A stretch of DNA of 32,000 bases, from contig NZ_NVQC01000036.1 of NCBI RefSeq assembly GCF_003044035.1, positions 1 to 32,000 on the forward strand, given 5' to 3'. A model generated the notes under the pieces. It was not told where the DNA came from and did no database searches. It saw only the letters and a list, made by a program, of their open reading frames with translations. Origin of the DNA: Candidatus Methylomirabilis limnetica. Lineage in GTDB: Bacteria > Methylomirabilota > Methylomirabilia > Methylomirabilales > Methylomirabilaceae. A program made the translations under genes and the position numbers. Position 1 is the first letter of the stretch, and each line of letters starts with the position of its first letter. This document shows positions 30,620 through 32,000 of this stretch, piece after piece.

Positions 30620-31776
30620 CGCCGCTTCAGGATGTGGACCGTACTGACCGCACCGGTCCCACCAAGGTTGTGAGCCAGGCCGATTTGGGCGCCCTTTACC
30701 TGGTTGATCGCTTCACCCCTCAACTGCCCGACGATCTCATAGATCTGGGCGAGACCTGTGGCGCCGACCGGGTGACCCTTACTCAGCAGGCCTCCGCTCG
30801 GATTGATCGGAAGCTTCCCGTCAAGCGCCGTGAGCCCATCGGCGACGGCCGGTCCCCCCTTCCCTTTCTCTACGAATCCCAGGTCTTCGATGGCCGTAAT
30901 CTCAGCGATGGTGAAGCAATCGTGCACCTCGGCCACATCGATATCGCGCGGGGCGATACCGGCCTCTCGGTAGGCCTGCTGCGCGGCGGCCACCGAGGCC
31001 TCAAAGGTGGTCAGGTCCGCCATCTCGAACAGCGTCGCGGGACCAATGGCGTGACCGGAACCGATGACATCAATTGGCCGCTGGGTGAACTCGCTCGCCA
31101 GATCGGCCGCACATAGGACGGCAGCCGCAGCGCCATCGCTGATCGGCGTGCAATCATACAGTCGAAGCGGATCGCAAATTAGCCTTGAGCCCATGACCTC
31201 CTCCAAGGCTACTGGCTTCTGAAAGTGGGCTTTTGGATTGGCGCTGCCATTCTGCCGGTTCTTGACCGAGACCATCCCCACCTGCTCGCGCGTCGTCCCG
31301 TACTGGTGCATATGCCGCCGCATGATGATCCCGAAGGTCCCCGGGAAGGTGAGACCCAGTCGCATCTCGCTCTCTGCGTCGCCGGCTGAGGCCAGCGCCT
31401 CCGTCACCGCCCCTGTCTCCGCCGAGGTCATCTTTTCGACACCGGCGGCGAGCACGATATCGCACAGCCCCGATGCGATCAGCAGCACCCCATGACGGAA
31501 GGCGATACCTGATGAGGCGCACGCCCCTTCCACCCTCGTACAGGGAATCGGCCCGAGGCCGAGCCGATACGCGACGATCGGGGCCAGCGACCCTTGATGG
31601 ACCAGAGCCTCTGAGGCGAAGTTGCCGAGGTAGAATGACTGCACCAGGCTCGTGGGGACCTGTGCATCGTGAAGGGCTTCCCGGCATGCTTGCAGCGCCA
31701 GGTCAGTGATGCCGACGCCGGTCTGTTTCCCGAACGGCGTACATCCGACGCCAATGACCGACACCCCACGCATCAT
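30616..31776 (-). CDS. Thiolase-like protein (SCP-x/archaeal acetoacetyl-CoA thiolase type)
   Basis: It contains VSVIGVGCTPFGK, the active-site Cys context VEGACASSG, C-terminal NPSGGLLSKGHPVGATG, and GLAHNLGG. Confidence 0.88.
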   Translation of the reverse strand: MMRGVSVIGVGCTPFGKQTGVGITDLALQACREALHDAQVPTSLVQSFYLGNFASEALVHQGSLAPIVAYRLGLGPIPCTRVEGACASSGIAFRHGVLLIASGLCDIVLAAGVEKMTSAETGAVTEALASAGDAESEMRLGLTFPGTFGIIMRRHMHQYGTTREQVGMVSVKNRQNGSANPKAHFQKPVALEEVMGSRLICDPLRLYDCTPISDGAAAAVLCAADLASEFTQRPIDVIGSGHAIGPATLFEMADLTTFEASVAAAQQAYREAGIAPRDIDVAEVHDCFTIAEITAIEDLGFVEKGKGGPAVADGLTALDGKLPINPSGGLLSKGHPVGATGLAQIYEIVGQLRGEAINQVKGAQIGLAHNLGGTGAVSTVHILKRR

Positions 31777-31780
31777 GTTA

Positions 31781-31815
31781 CCGTCAGCCGTCAGCGTTCA
31801 GCTATCAGCTCAAGC
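31781..31815. repeat. Tandem heptad array between secA and the thiolase gene
   Basis: CCGTCAG CCGTCAG CGTTCAG CTATCAG CTCAAGC. The last unit overlaps the secA stop. Confidence 0.6.
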
Positions 31816-32000
31816 GCCGCAGCACTTCTTATATTTTCGGCCGCTGCCGCAGGGACAGTCGTCGTTCCGCCCAATCTTCTTTCCAACCACTTTGATGGGA
31901 GCGGTCGCGGATAGCGGCCGGAGGGAGCGCTCCGCAGCCCTCGGTTGCGGAGCGGATGGAGGACGAAGGACATGGTCGCTATCCCCGCCCCCGCCAGGTG
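31810..32000 (-). CDS. secA: SecA C-terminal tail with SEC-C zinc-binding motif (3' end only; gene runs off the right edge)
   Basis: It is not in the ORF track. My minus-strand translation ends ...[30 protein letters not shown] (TGA at 31812-31810). This matches the SecA C-terminal consensus (K.GRNDPCPCGSGKKYK.C). Confidence 0.7.
   Translation of the reverse strand, partial: PGGGGDSDHVLRPPSAPQPRAAERSLRPLSATAPIKVVGKKIGRNDDCPCGSGRKYKKCCGA

Overview
GC-rich bacterial chromosomal window. The taxon is inference only: red-type form I RuBisCO with cbbX, an archaeal-type PEP carboxylase and many GC-rich palindromic intergenic repeats suggest an NC10/Nitrospira-like autotroph. Layout: (1) 1-3800 is an accessory region that reads as a small chromosomal integron. 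It has a partial, possibly degraded integron-integrase-like recombinase on the minus strand running off the left edge, an attI-like site with an outward promoter, and plus-strand cassettes. Cassette 1 encodes an uncharacterised two-domain protein, a beta-sandwich N-terminus fused to a nucleoside 2-deoxyribosyltransferase/TIR-like Rossmannoid C-terminus. Cassette 2 is dinJ-yafQ. A phd-parE toxin-antitoxin (TA) pair follows, bracketed by a ~125-bp duplication of the 3' end of the neighbouring aldolase gene. (2) 3801-12236 is a Calvin-cycle supercluster: rpiA-fbp-fba on the minus strand, divergent from cbbL-cbbS-cbbX-ppcA-beta-carbonic anhydrase. (3) 12333-24646 is housekeeping: alr, higBA, tRNA-Leu, tig-clpP-clpX, bamD, rsmA, thiL, a small membrane ORF, eno and gdh. 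(4) 24800-32000 holds a decayed IS3 element abutting a truncated glycosyltransferase, then fcl, a DUF1015 gene, a carbon-nitrogen hydrolase whose nucleophile Cys is replaced by Ser, a DUF35/thiolase pair and the SEC-C tail of secA. At least four intergenic repeat families (MITE-like elements and heptad arrays) are scattered through the window and generate many spurious ORFs. No CRISPR array or rRNA was seen. The best candidate for something new is integron cassette 1 (983-1903), as a possible single-gene defence or nucleotide-processing effector.
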